From: an uncultured bacterium
Lineage (GTDB): Bacteria > Patescibacteriota > Minisyncoccia > Phycocordibacterales > Phycocordibacteraceae
DNA length: 64,000 nt
Direction: 5' to 3'
Assembly: GCA_963851445.1 (NCBI GenBank)
Contig: CAWKPH010000002.1
Location: forward strand, 102,183 to 166,182
Shown piece by piece: positions 20,194-29,921 of this stretch. Made by a program: the position numbers and the translations under genes. Each line of letters begins with the position of its first letter. Position 1 is the first letter of the stretch. The notes beneath the pieces are model-generated. The model was given only the letters and a program-made list of their open reading frames with translations. It was not told where the DNA came from and did no database searches.

Positions 20194-21788
20194 TAGTAGC
20201 TTTCAATACTGATCTCATTGTTCTTGGGACCGCCATTTCTGCTATTGCAATATTAGGATTTGTTGTTCTTTTCCAAGATCCAAAGAGTGATACGACCCGT
20301 GCGTTCTTTGTTTTTTCGCTTGCTGCCATCATATGGGGTGTAATAAATTATGCGAGTTATCACGCACCTACCGTATTTTTGACTCTCTGGCTATGTCGAC
20401 TAGTCATATTCGCTGCCGTATGGTTTTGTTTTTTCATTTTTCATCTTGCCTATGTATTTCCACAAAGAAAAACTGCTCTTTCAAAACGTTATAAATATAT
20501 CCTCATCCCTGTAGTCACCCTGTCTTCACTTCTTACACTCACTCCACTAGTCTTTTCAAACGTAACATTTTCATCAACTCAAGGAAGCGTTCCTGTAATT
20601 GTGCCTGGAATCGGCATTCCTATTTTTGGTCTAACAGTGCTCTGTCTTGTGTGCGCAGCGATATACGAATTCCTGAACAAGCAACGAAAAGGACAGACTG
20701 ATCAGAACTACCAGCTGGGATTTATTATGGGGGGCACGGCAATCACTTTTGCGCTTCTTATTCTTTGCAATCTCATTCTACCTATCGCCTTTGGCCAGTA
20801 TGTCTTCATACCGTTTGGCGCAGTCTTTATATTCCCATTCATTGCCTGCACGGCGTATGCCATTATTCGCTTTCACCTCTTTAGTGTGCGCGTCATCGCT
20901 ACAGAAATATTTGCATTTACACTTACTATTGCGACTCTGCTTCAGGTAGTCTTTTCTAGCACTGCGCCGGAGCTTATCTTTCGTATAGCGATATTCATAC
21001 TAGTACTTTCATTCGTTATACTTCTTATTCGAAGCGTTCTTAATGAAGTTCGACAGCGCGAGCACATACAGCTGCTTGCAGATCAGCTTGAGAAAGCTAA
21101 TAAGCAGCAAGTTGTTCTCATACATTTCATTACGCATCAGATCAAGGGTTTCGTTACAAAATCACGCAATCTCTTCTCGATGCTGCTTGAAGGCGATTAC
21201 GGCACTCTTCCAGACACCATGCGCCCTATGGTGGAGGAAGGGCTACGTTCTGATACGCAAGGCGTTGAGACAATTCAAGAGATACTGAATGCCTCCAATG
21301 TAAAAAGTGGCGCAGTCACGTATAACATGGCTTTGTTCGATTTTGGTCAACTTGTCGATGAGATCACAAACGGACTTCGTCCGAATGCTGAGACAAAGAA
21401 ACTTACGTTTACGGTAGATACTTCTGGAGGGCCGTATCAGGTAAATGGTGATCGCCTTGAACTTCAAAATGCGATTAAAAATATAGTTGATAACGCTATC
21501 AAATACACGCCATCAGGAAGTGTCTCTATCACGCTTAAAAAGGACAACGATAAACTTCGCTTTGAGGAAACTGATACGGGAGTAGGCATTACGGCTGAGG
21601 ATATGGCACATCTCTTCACTGAGGGTGGCCACGGCAAGGAATCTATAAAAGTTAATGTTGAGAGCACGGGCTTTGGGCTCTATATCGTAAAAAACATTAT
21701 TAACGCTCACAACGGCAAGGTTTGGGCAGAATCAGAAGGAGCTGGAAAGGGTTCGAAGTTTATTATAGAACTTCCACTTTCCCAGTAA
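20190..21788 (+). CDS. Sensor histidine kinase with an N-terminal 7TM-type membrane domain
   Basis: Multiple TM helices; H-box ITHQIK; N-box NIVDNAIKYT; G1 DTGVGI; G2 TGFGLYI; start overlaps the upstream stop (ATGA). Confidence 0.9.
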   Translation: MIVAFNTDLIVLGTAISAIAILGFVVLFQDPKSDTTRAFFVFSLAAIIWGVINYASYHAPTVFLTLWLCRLVIFAAVWFCFFIFHLAYVFPQRKTALSKRYKYILIPVVTLSSLLTLTPLVFSNVTFSSTQGSVPVIVPGIGIPIFGLTVLCLVCAAIYEFLNKQRKGQTDQNYQLGFIMGGTAITFALLILCNLILPIAFGQYVFIPFGAVFIFPFIACTAYAIIRFHLFSVRVIATEIFAFTLTIATLLQVVFSSTAPELIFRIAIFILVLSFVILLIRSVLNEVRQREHIQLLADQLEKANKQQVVLIHFITHQIKGFVTKSRNLFSMLLEGDYGTLPDTMRPMVEEGLRSDTQGVETIQEILNASNVKSGAVTYNMALFDFGQLVDEITNGLRPNAETKKLTFTVDTSGGPYQVNGDRLELQNAIKNIVDNAIKYTPSGSVSITLKKDNDKLRFEETDTGVGITAEDMAHLFTEGGHGKESIKVNVESTGFGLYIVKNIINAHNGKVWAESEGAGKGSKFIIELPLSQ

Positions 21789-21879
21789 TGCCTTACTTTG
21801 ATGTTTGCTTCCTCGTTTAGGTGTTTAATTGCCATAGCCCCTCAATTATTGTTCAGCTAAATTCTGTTATACTCGGGAT

Positions 21880-23130
21880 ATGGACGTCGTAAAGGACCTA
21901 CAAGCGCGAGGGCTTGTTGAGCATAGCTCAGCTGAACTTGAGAAAATCCTCTCAAAAAGGCGTGTTGTATACTTTGGCGTGGATCCCTCGGCAGACTCTC
22001 TACAAATAGGGAATTTGGCAGCGCTACTCATACTTAAGCGTCTTGCGGTCGCCGGTCATAAAATCATTCTTCTCGTGGGTGGCGGCACAGGCATGATAGG
22101 AGACCCTCGAGAGGCTGGTGAGCGCCCACTTGTTGATAAAAAAGTGGTTGAGCGAAATAAAAAAATCATAAGAAACCAAATGCAGGACATCATTGGTACG
22201 CGTGTACAACTCGTAGATAACGCTGACTGGCTTCTTAAACTTAAATTTGTCGACTTTCTTCGCGATATTGGAAAGCATTTTACAGTGAACGAACTTATAA
22301 AACGCGACACAATTAAGCGTCGTCTTGAAACACCAGATGAAAGTATTTCGTACACTGAATTTGCGTACTCCCTACTGCAGGGCTATGACTTTATGGTTTT
22401 GAATGAAAAATATGGATGTGATTTACAAATAGGTGGATCAGATCAGTGGACGAACATTCTTTCAGGTGTCGAACTTATTCGCAGAAAACTTGGTAGGGAA
22501 GCATTTGCTCTTACCTGCCCGCTCGTCACGGATGCTAGCGGAAAAAAATTTGGTAAATCGGAAGGAAATGCGGTATGGCTTGATCCAAATAAAACCTCTC
22601 CTTTTAATTTCTTTCAATTCTGGTTGAATCAGCCTGACAAGGGAATTGCGAAATATTTCAAATTCTATACGTTTATGCAAACTACTGAAATTGATCTCCT
22701 CATTGAGATGCATAATCGCAATCCAGAAAAACGTGAGGCTCAGAAGATGCTCGCGCTATCCGTAACCGAAATTGTGCATGGAAAAGAGGCAGCCATGAAT
22801 GCAGCGGCAGTATCCGAGGTGCTCTTTGGCAAAAAACGTCTCTCAGAACTTACTAAAGATGAACAGGCTGCCTTACTGCGTGAAGCGCCCGTGTTTGGCA
22901 TTGAACGAAGCAAGATAGAAGCAGAGCATCCGATCATCGACGTCTTAGTCGACAGTGGCCTTGTGAATTCTAAATCTGATGCTCGCCGGCTTATCGAAGG
23001 AAAGGGAATTTCAATTAATGATGACCTGATTGAATCCCTTGATTCAAAGCTTACACTTCTCAATTTTATGCCCACTCTAGCGCTCCTCAAGCGTGGTAAA
23101 CAAGTTGTTGTGCTCTCGATTGAAAAATAA
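21880..23130 (+). CDS. tyrS: Tyrosine--tRNA ligase
   Basis: YFGVDPSADSLQIGN, QIGGSDQW, KFGKS, C-terminal S4 domain. Confidence 0.97.
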   Translation: MDVVKDLQARGLVEHSSAELEKILSKRRVVYFGVDPSADSLQIGNLAALLILKRLAVAGHKIILLVGGGTGMIGDPREAGERPLVDKKVVERNKKIIRNQMQDIIGTRVQLVDNADWLLKLKFVDFLRDIGKHFTVNELIKRDTIKRRLETPDESISYTEFAYSLLQGYDFMVLNEKYGCDLQIGGSDQWTNILSGVELIRRKLGREAFALTCPLVTDASGKKFGKSEGNAVWLDPNKTSPFNFFQFWLNQPDKGIAKYFKFYTFMQTTEIDLLIEMHNRNPEKREAQKMLALSVTEIVHGKEAAMNAAAVSEVLFGKKRLSELTKDEQAALLREAPVFGIERSKIEAEHPIIDVLVDSGLVNSKSDARRLIEGKGISINDDLIESLDSKLTLLNFMPTLALLKRGKQVVVLSIEK

Positions 23131-23158
23131 GCTTCAAGCCGCTATAGTGCGTAGTATT

Positions 23159-23244
23159 GCGTCGGTGGTAGAGTGGTCAATTACAACAGGCTGTAAACCT
23201 GTCGGCTTCGGCCTACGGAGGTTCGAATCCTTCCCGGCGCACCA
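23159..23244 (+). tRNA. tRNA-Tyr(GTA)
   Basis: Acceptor stem GCGTCGG/CCGGCGC + ACCA; anticodon arm ACAGG-CTGTAAA-CCTGT; long variable arm; T-loop GGTTCGAATCC. Confidence 0.97.
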
Positions 23245-23275
23245 TATCTGTTAGTGAAACGCAGCATGGTATCGT

Positions 23276-24250
23276 ATGCAAATGAACCAAAGACCAATCT
23301 TGCTATCAGGAATCAAGCCAACCGGCGATCTCCATATTGGCAATTATTTTGGCGCTATGCGCCAGCAAGTTGAATTATTCAAATCAGAGAAATATCACTG
23401 CTATATCATGGTGGCTGACTACCACGCTCTTACCACTGTCCAGAACGCTGCTGAAATGTTGCAGCTTACACTTGATCTAGCAACTGCCTATATGGCCATA
23501 GGACTTGATCCGGAAGGATTGGTTCTCTTTAAACAGTCTGATGTTCCTTCTCACACTGAACTTACCTGGATATTCGATACCATTACAACAATGCCTTATC
23601 TAATGCGTGCCCATGCATTCAAAGATGCCGAGGCTAAGAATAAAGAGATAAGTGTTGGTGCTTTCAATTATCCAATGCTTATGGCAGCTGACATTCTCCT
23701 CTATGATACTGCAATTGTGCCAGTTGGGCAGGATCAGAAACAGCACATTGAATACGCACGCGATACTGCTGAGAAATTCAATCGTATTTTTGCAAAAGAT
23801 TCCGAAGGCATTTTCGCAATGCCAGAGCCATATATCATGCCTGAAGTCGCTATAGTTGCGGGCACTGATGGCAGAAAAATGAGTAAAAGCTACGGAAATG
23901 TAATTCCGCTCTTTGCCTCACGAGACGAAATTACAAAGGCGGTCATGAGCATTGTGACCGATTCATCAGGCGAAAGACCTGAGAATGTATACAAGATTCA
24001 TAATCTTCTTAAAACTGATGCAGAGCTTAAGCCGCTCTATAAGGAGCACAAAGGAAAATATAAAGAATTGAAACAGGCACTTATTGATGACTTAGACGAG
24101 TTCATTGGTCCGTTTCGAGAAAAATACGAGGAATTGAAGAACGAACCTGAGTTGGTGCAAGAGGTTCTTAGAAAGGGCGCTGCAACCGCCAGAGAGAAAG
24201 CGGAAGCAAAAATGATTAAGGTGCGAAAGGCAATTGGGGTCACTGAATAG
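23276..24250 (+). CDS. trpS: Tryptophan--tRNA ligase
   Basis: SGIKPTGDLHIGNY, YPMLMAADIL, VPVGQDQKQH, KMSKS. Confidence 0.97.
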   Translation: MQMNQRPILLSGIKPTGDLHIGNYFGAMRQQVELFKSEKYHCYIMVADYHALTTVQNAAEMLQLTLDLATAYMAIGLDPEGLVLFKQSDVPSHTELTWIFDTITTMPYLMRAHAFKDAEAKNKEISVGAFNYPMLMAADILLYDTAIVPVGQDQKQHIEYARDTAEKFNRIFAKDSEGIFAMPEPYIMPEVAIVAGTDGRKMSKSYGNVIPLFASRDEITKAVMSIVTDSSGERPENVYKIHNLLKTDAELKPLYKEHKGKYKELKQALIDDLDEFIGPFREKYEELKNEPELVQEVLRKGAATAREKAEAKMIKVRKAIGVTE

Positions 24251-24326
24251 AACATATATTTCAGCCGCAGCTTCCTGACTCAATTTACCGCGCACTTTAT
24301 GGAATGGCATGCTATTTTATAGCCAT

Positions 24327-25727
24327 ATGGAAGACCGAATCTTGATAGACGAGCTTGAGCAACATATAGGTGAAACGGTTGTGATCGCTGGCTGGGTAGA
24401 TGTTCGTCGAGATCAAGGCAAGCTTATTTTTTTTGATTTTCGCGATCGAACTGGCACCGCTCAAGGCGTTGTTCTACCTGGGGAAGAAGCGCTTATGGAA
24501 ATTGCCAAAGATATTCGTAACGAATACGTTGTACAAGTTTCAGGAATCGTTAATAAGCGTCCCGAAAAAAATGCACAGCCTGATAAACTAAACGGCGCTA
24601 TTGAACTGGAGGTTAGGGACATTAAGGTCCTTGCCGCTTCAGAACCACTTCCTTTTGATCTTACTGATACAAGTGACATTGACGAAAATGTACGTCTCAC
24701 CTATCGATACATCGATTTGCGTTCTCCACGCATGCAGAAGAATATTCGTTTGAGAAGTGAGTTCGTTAAACGTTGCCGTGAATTTCTTTTTAAAGAAGGT
24801 TTTACAGAAATAGAAACACCCTTGCTTACTGAATCAACACCCGAAGGTTCTCGTGATTTCGTTGTTCCTTCTCGGCTTAATCCCGGGAAATTCTACGCGC
24901 TACCACAATCTCCTCAGCAGTATAAGCAACTTCTTATGACCGCTGGATTTGAACGCTATTTCCAAATCGCTCGCGCTGTGCGTGATGAAGATCTTCGTGC
25001 TGACCGTGGATTTGAACATTCTCAAGTCGATATCGAGATGTCATTTGTAAATCGTGAGGCGGTTATGAATCTTGTTGAAAAAATGATTATAACAACGGTC
25101 GAAGGAATGGGTTTCAGTGTCAAAGAAAAGCCGTTTCCGCGCATTTCATACAAAGACTCTATGGAAAAGTATGGTGCTGACAAGTTTGATCTGCGAACTA
25201 AGGAAGAGAAAGAGAGTGGAATTCTAGCTTATGCATGGGTTATTGATTTCCCATTCTTTGAAAAAACCGATGAGGGCAAATGGACCTTTACTCATAACCC
25301 ATTTTCGATGCCCATTCCAGAACATCTTGAGTGGCTTATGAAGGGCGAACATTTGGAGGATATTCTCACTACACAATATGATCTAGTTTGCAATGGGTTC
25401 GAATCAGCCGGGGGAAGCATCCGCGCGCATCGCCCCGAAATCCTTGAAGCTACTTACCGCGCGATGGGGTATTCGTCTGAGGAAACAGAAGCAAGTATCG
25501 GGCACATGCTTAAGGCCTTCAAATATGGCACACCGCCTCATGGGGGTATTGCTTTGGGCATTGAGCGCAACCTAATGAACCTCACTGGAGAAAGCTATCT
25601 ACGAGAAGTACAGGCCTTTCCAATGACACGAGGCGGGCAAACTGCCGTTATGAAAGGACCAAAACCGCTTGAAGAAAAGCAGTTGAAAGAACTTGGTATA
25701 CGAATTGATTCACCAAAAGAAAAATGA
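24327..25727 (+). CDS. aspS: Aspartate--tRNA ligase (short form lacking the GAD insertion)
   Basis: GWVDVRRDQG OB fold, YALPQSPQQYKQLLM, RDEDLRADR, PPHGGIALG; start at ATG 24327. Confidence 0.93.
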   Translation: MEDRILIDELEQHIGETVVIAGWVDVRRDQGKLIFFDFRDRTGTAQGVVLPGEEALMEIAKDIRNEYVVQVSGIVNKRPEKNAQPDKLNGAIELEVRDIKVLAASEPLPFDLTDTSDIDENVRLTYRYIDLRSPRMQKNIRLRSEFVKRCREFLFKEGFTEIETPLLTESTPEGSRDFVVPSRLNPGKFYALPQSPQQYKQLLMTAGFERYFQIARAVRDEDLRADRGFEHSQVDIEMSFVNREAVMNLVEKMIITTVEGMGFSVKEKPFPRISYKDSMEKYGADKFDLRTKEEKESGILAYAWVIDFPFFEKTDEGKWTFTHNPFSMPIPEHLEWLMKGEHLEDILTTQYDLVCNGFESAGGSIRAHRPEILEATYRAMGYSSEETEASIGHMLKAFKYGTPPHGGIALGIERNLMNLTGESYLREVQAFPMTRGGQTAVMKGPKPLEEKQLKELGIRIDSPKEK

Positions 25728-27154
25728 AGCTTACATTTTCAAAAGACAGTATTACTAAAGCTCCAAAAACTTTTGCTCGCGTACGGATTACGAGTGAGCC
25801 AAAAGGAACGAAGCGTATTGTACGTGAGAAGGGAATTGAATGGATTGAAATTGGTGCCGGAAAGCCTAACGAAATGAGTCGTCGAAAATTTTTGCTCCTG
25901 TGCCGTGCAATCATCCGTATAGCCAAAGAAGCAAAATATAAGAAAATTGCAATTCAATTCGATCAAAATTCTGAATTCTTTAATGCACTTGAGGATACTT
26001 CTTTTAACGAAATTCTGTCACTTGCTACTCAGAATTTTGAGATGGCAAATTTTGAATTCAATGCCTTTAAAACAAAACCAAAAAACGGGTGGGATCAAGT
26101 TGAAGAGATTTCTCTACATGGGAAATGGAACGCTGGCCTTCAGGAAAGTGCGAAGCGAGGACAAATTATCGGCCAAGAGGTTAATAAGTGCCGATCCCTT
26201 TCTAATACACCTGGGGGAAGCATGACACCCCACAAGCTTGCAGAAGCTGCACGAGACGCCGTTAAAGGACTACCAGTTACCGTAAAGACTCTTGGACGAA
26301 AGGAAATAGTTTCAATGGGAATGGGACTTTTGGCTGGCGTTGGAAGTGGTTCCTCCGAAGAGCCAACGTTCACGATTATGGAATACAAGGGGGCTGGTAC
26401 GAGTAAAACAAAAGCTTTGAGAGCAATCGTTCTTGCTGGTAAAGGTATTACATTTGATAGCGGCGGTCTTAATCTTAAACCCTCGCAGCATATCTACGAG
26501 ATGCATATGGATATGTCAGGTGCTGCCTCGGTTATATTCGCTGTGGCTCTGGCTGCAAAACTGAAGTTGAAGAGAAATGTTATCGGACTTATACCCGCAT
26601 CTGAAAATATGCCAGGAAATAATGCGACCCGACCCGGTGACATTCTTACATCACTTTCTGGCAAGACGGTTGAGGTTGTTGATACAGATGCAGAGGGGCG
26701 GCTTGTGCTTGCCGATGCACTAACGTATGCAAAACGATTCAAGCCTGGTGTCGTAATTGATATTGCGACCCTTACGGGCGCTGCAGTCGTTGCACTTGGA
26801 CTCTATGCGTCCGGATTAATGACTCGTGACGATGCTCTTGCGAATCAACTTGAAGAGCTTGGCGAAGTAAGTGGGGACTATCTCTGCCGGTTGCCACTTT
26901 GGGACGAGTACGAGGAGGCGGTTAAGGGAGCCTTCGCAGACCTTGTGAATGTTCCCGTAACACGCGGAGGGGGAGGAGGCGCCACGAATGGGGGCATGTT
27001 TTTATGGCAATTTGCCAAGGAACTTGAGTGTCCCTGGGCACACCTGGATATTGCGCCGAGAATGACTGCGGCTCCTGGAGATGAGCTTTCCAAGGGGGCT
27101 GCGGGCGCTCCTGTTAGACTCCTGCTTGCCTTTATAGAGACCTGGCAAGGGTGA
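25724..27154 (+). CDS. pepA: Leucyl aminopeptidase (M17)
   Basis: GKGITFDSGG, MHMDMSGAA, DTDAEGRLVLAD, ATLTGA, WAHLDIA. Confidence 0.93.
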   Translation: MKLTFSKDSITKAPKTFARVRITSEPKGTKRIVREKGIEWIEIGAGKPNEMSRRKFLLLCRAIIRIAKEAKYKKIAIQFDQNSEFFNALEDTSFNEILSLATQNFEMANFEFNAFKTKPKNGWDQVEEISLHGKWNAGLQESAKRGQIIGQEVNKCRSLSNTPGGSMTPHKLAEAARDAVKGLPVTVKTLGRKEIVSMGMGLLAGVGSGSSEEPTFTIMEYKGAGTSKTKALRAIVLAGKGITFDSGGLNLKPSQHIYEMHMDMSGAASVIFAVALAAKLKLKRNVIGLIPASENMPGNNATRPGDILTSLSGKTVEVVDTDAEGRLVLADALTYAKRFKPGVVIDIATLTGAAVVALGLYASGLMTRDDALANQLEELGEVSGDYLCRLPLWDEYEEAVKGAFADLVNVPVTRGGGGGATNGGMFLWQFAKELECPWAHLDIAPRMTAAPGDELSKGAAGAPVRLLLAFIETWQG

Positions 27155-27196
27155 GCAATGCGCGTTGTTACGGCCGGTACGAAGTATACTTAGAGC

Positions 27197-27988
27197 ATGG
27201 ACGAAACTTTCTCTGAACTAGTGGATGTGACGGACGTTGATCCTAAAGAGGAACATTCCGCAACAAGAAATCGCTTCCACATCCGCATGCCTTCATATGA
27301 GGGACCTTTTGAGCTTGTTCTCGAACTCATTGAGAAAAGAAAACTTTCCGTAAATGAACTGGCACTCGCACAAGTGACCGATGATTATATCCAGCACGTA
27401 CGAAGCCAGGCATCGTTTCCAATCGAGGATGCTGCAGATTTTATCGGAGTTGCAGCAATGCTCCTTCTTATCAAATCAAAATCACTTATACCAGAGCTCG
27501 AGCTTACCTCTGAGGAGGAGGGTGATGTTGAGGAGTTGAAGGATCGGTTGCGCCAGTATGAGGTGGCGCGTGAAGCTGCCAAGGAGCTTGGCAGGATTTT
27601 TGGACGACAAGTGATGATGCCTCCTGGAGAGCGTGATCCTGAGCCTGTATTCTCACCATCACGAGACCTTTCACTCGATGCGCTTGGTAAGGCGCTTGCA
27701 TATGCGCTTGCGGCACTCGAGAAAGAAGAGAAACTTCCTGAAGCTAAAGTGAGGCCAATGATAACGATTGAAGAGGTGATGGATCGCCTTGTTAATCGTA
27801 TGCAATCTGCGCTCACACTTTCATTCAAAGAATTTGCAGGGGACACCACAGAGCGCGTAGAGGTTATCGTCTCATTTCTTGCACTTCTCGAACTTGTGAA
27901 GCAAGGCATTGTTGAAACACAGCAATACGGGATGTTCACTGAGATCACGATCACAAATGCAGCTGCTTCAGTACCACACTATGGGTAA
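27197..27988 (+). CDS. scpA: Segregation and condensation protein A
   Basis: YEGPFELVLELI, LLLIKSKSLIP, IVSFLALLELVK. Confidence 0.93.
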   Translation: MDETFSELVDVTDVDPKEEHSATRNRFHIRMPSYEGPFELVLELIEKRKLSVNELALAQVTDDYIQHVRSQASFPIEDAADFIGVAAMLLLIKSKSLIPELELTSEEEGDVEELKDRLRQYEVAREAAKELGRIFGRQVMMPPGERDPEPVFSPSRDLSLDALGKALAYALAALEKEEKLPEAKVRPMITIEEVMDRLVNRMQSALTLSFKEFAGDTTERVEVIVSFLALLELVKQGIVETQQYGMFTEITITNAAASVPHYG

Positions 27989-28040
27989 TTAATCCCCATA
28001 GCAGTGTTTGACCGATTAGCTTTTCATAGTACATTCATTC

Positions 28041-28255
28041 GTGGCTCCTTATGTCGGGAGTTGCTTTAGGGAATTGTGAGAATGTGCGAGAAACCCAAAG
28101 GGAAAAGCAACGGGGCGAAGACGAGAAAAGGGAGATTCCCAAAATTGAAAGCGGGGCGAAAACCGCAGCAAAGCGAGTAAGCAGACTAGCTTAGGATTCC
28201 ACTCTGGCCACATGACGACTAGCGAACATTCGATTCGCTGGCCGTCTTTTTATTT
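28041..28255 (+). ncRNA. Candidate structured small RNA (or 47-aa sORF 28051-28194) between scpA and scpB
   Basis: TTGACC(28008)/TACATT(28030) promoter, nested long-range complementarity, and a terminator hairpin at 28214-28251. Confidence 0.4.
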
Positions 28256-28310
28256 TAGTGGGGAGGAGGTGCCTTCAGATTAGATAAGAAAATGGTAGTA
28301 TCAAGAATAT

Positions 28311-28862
28311 ATGGCCTTAGATCACCCTGCAAAGCTTGAGGCGTTACTGTTTTCTGCTGGAGAACCGCTTTCTAGAAAGCGGCTTTGTACGTTCCTTGGC
28401 ATATCACCTATGGAACTTCGTGACGTGGCCCTTTCCCTTCGTGAGCGCCTTTCGAACCGTGGTCTTTCACTCATAGAAACAGGAGATGAGCTTGAGTTAC
28501 GCACTGCTCCTGAGGCATCGTCTCTGATACAGAAGCTTCGCGAGAGCGAACTTTCCAGAGAGCTAGGTAAAGCAGGACTTGAAACGCTTGCTGTAATTAT
28601 GTATAGAGATGGCGCGACCAGAAGTGAAATCGATTGGGTGCGAGGAGTGAATTCAGCTACAACCGTTCGATCACTTCAACTGCGTGGGCTTATATCGCGA
28701 AATGAAGATGTTCATGACCGTCGCCGTATTCGCTATGTAGCAACGACTGAAGCACTTGCACATCTTGGTATTGAAAGCATTCGTGATCTTCCTCGATACG
28801 AAGAACTTACACGAGCACTCGCTGTAAGCGAACATAATTCAAATGAAGAAGCATCCGCGTAA
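28311..28862 (+). CDS. scpB: Segregation and condensation protein B
   Basis: LEALLFSAGEP, LETLAVIMY, TRSEIDWVRGVNS, YVATTE. Confidence 0.93.
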   Translation: MALDHPAKLEALLFSAGEPLSRKRLCTFLGISPMELRDVALSLRERLSNRGLSLIETGDELELRTAPEASSLIQKLRESELSRELGKAGLETLAVIMYRDGATRSEIDWVRGVNSATTVRSLQLRGLISRNEDVHDRRRIRYVATTEALAHLGIESIRDLPRYEELTRALAVSEHNSNEEASA

Positions 28863-29916
28863 CAGCCCTCATGCACACAGTATGCAAGTGCATGACATAC
28901 ATTCGCGGCACGAGTCGGCTATGCGACATGCACACGTTTCCTCATCCGTCCGTGGACAAGGGGGGAATAACGTAAGACGGTATCTTGTTCCAGCCGTTGC
29001 AGCTATTGTTGTAGTTATCGGAGGAGCTATTGGCGTAAGTGTGTTTGCTGCAAATTCTGCTCAAAAACTTCCGTCTACAGTTGTAGAAGCTCCAAAAATT
29101 GATCATGCACCGCCCTCAGGACCAAACGCTTATGCAAATATTTCGCTCATAGGAAAATCAGCGATTGTGTATGACCTTACAGATGGGCAGACGCTATATG
29201 CTCAGAATGCCTATACGCAACTTCCACTCGCTTCGATTACTAAACTACTGACCCTTTACGCAGCTTCGAGTGTACTTAGTCCTTCGTCGCCAGTTACCAT
29301 GACGCCCATTGCTCTTTCGCAGGACGGTGATGCCGCAGACATTGGATTTGCAAACGGTGAGACCTTTACATTTAGTGATCTTGCGCGACTTACGATAGCT
29401 GCTTCTTCAAATGATGGTGCTGAAGCGATAGCAGAAGCAGCGGATAGCGCTGAGTCTACCCAGACCACCTCTCTTCTAGCTAATGCAGCAGAAGCAGCAG
29501 GATTAGACCAGACTTATGCGGTGAACAGCAACGGGCTCGATGTAAGCACAACACAGTCTGGCGGATATGGTTCCGCCCATGATATTGCAGTGCTTGCGGG
29601 GAAACTACTAAAAAAGGCGCCTGGCATCGCACAGGCCACGACACAATCCTCTATTTCCGTCACTTCTCTTAGCGGCATTACACACACGTTTGCAAATACT
29701 GACCCTGATGTTGCCAAGTTCCCAGGCCTTCTTCTTTCAAAAACTGGGTATACTGATTTAGCTGGCGGCAATTTGGTAATTGTCTACGACGAAGCAATCG
29801 ACCATCCAATTGCCATCGTGGTGCTTGGTTCAACCGAGTCGGGACGTTTTACGGACGTTCAGACGCTTATGGCTGCAACACTCGCACATTTTGCCGGAAT
29901 CGCTCCTTCTTCATAA
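28843..29916 (+). CDS. D-alanyl-D-alanine carboxypeptidase (S11 family)
   Basis: TM anchor; SxxK (ASITK), SxN (SSN) and KTG motifs; start may be 28882. Confidence 0.88.
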   Translation: MKKHPRNSPHAHSMQVHDIHSRHESAMRHAHVSSSVRGQGGNNVRRYLVPAVAAIVVVIGGAIGVSVFAANSAQKLPSTVVEAPKIDHAPPSGPNAYANISLIGKSAIVYDLTDGQTLYAQNAYTQLPLASITKLLTLYAASSVLSPSSPVTMTPIALSQDGDAADIGFANGETFTFSDLARLTIAASSNDGAEAIAEAADSAESTQTTSLLANAAEAAGLDQTYAVNSNGLDVSTTQSGGYGSAHDIAVLAGKLLKKAPGIAQATTQSSISVTSLSGITHTFANTDPDVAKFPGLLLSKTGYTDLAGGNLVIVYDEAIDHPIAIVVLGSTESGRFTDVQTLMAATLAHFAGIAPSS

Positions 29917-29921
29917 TTGCC

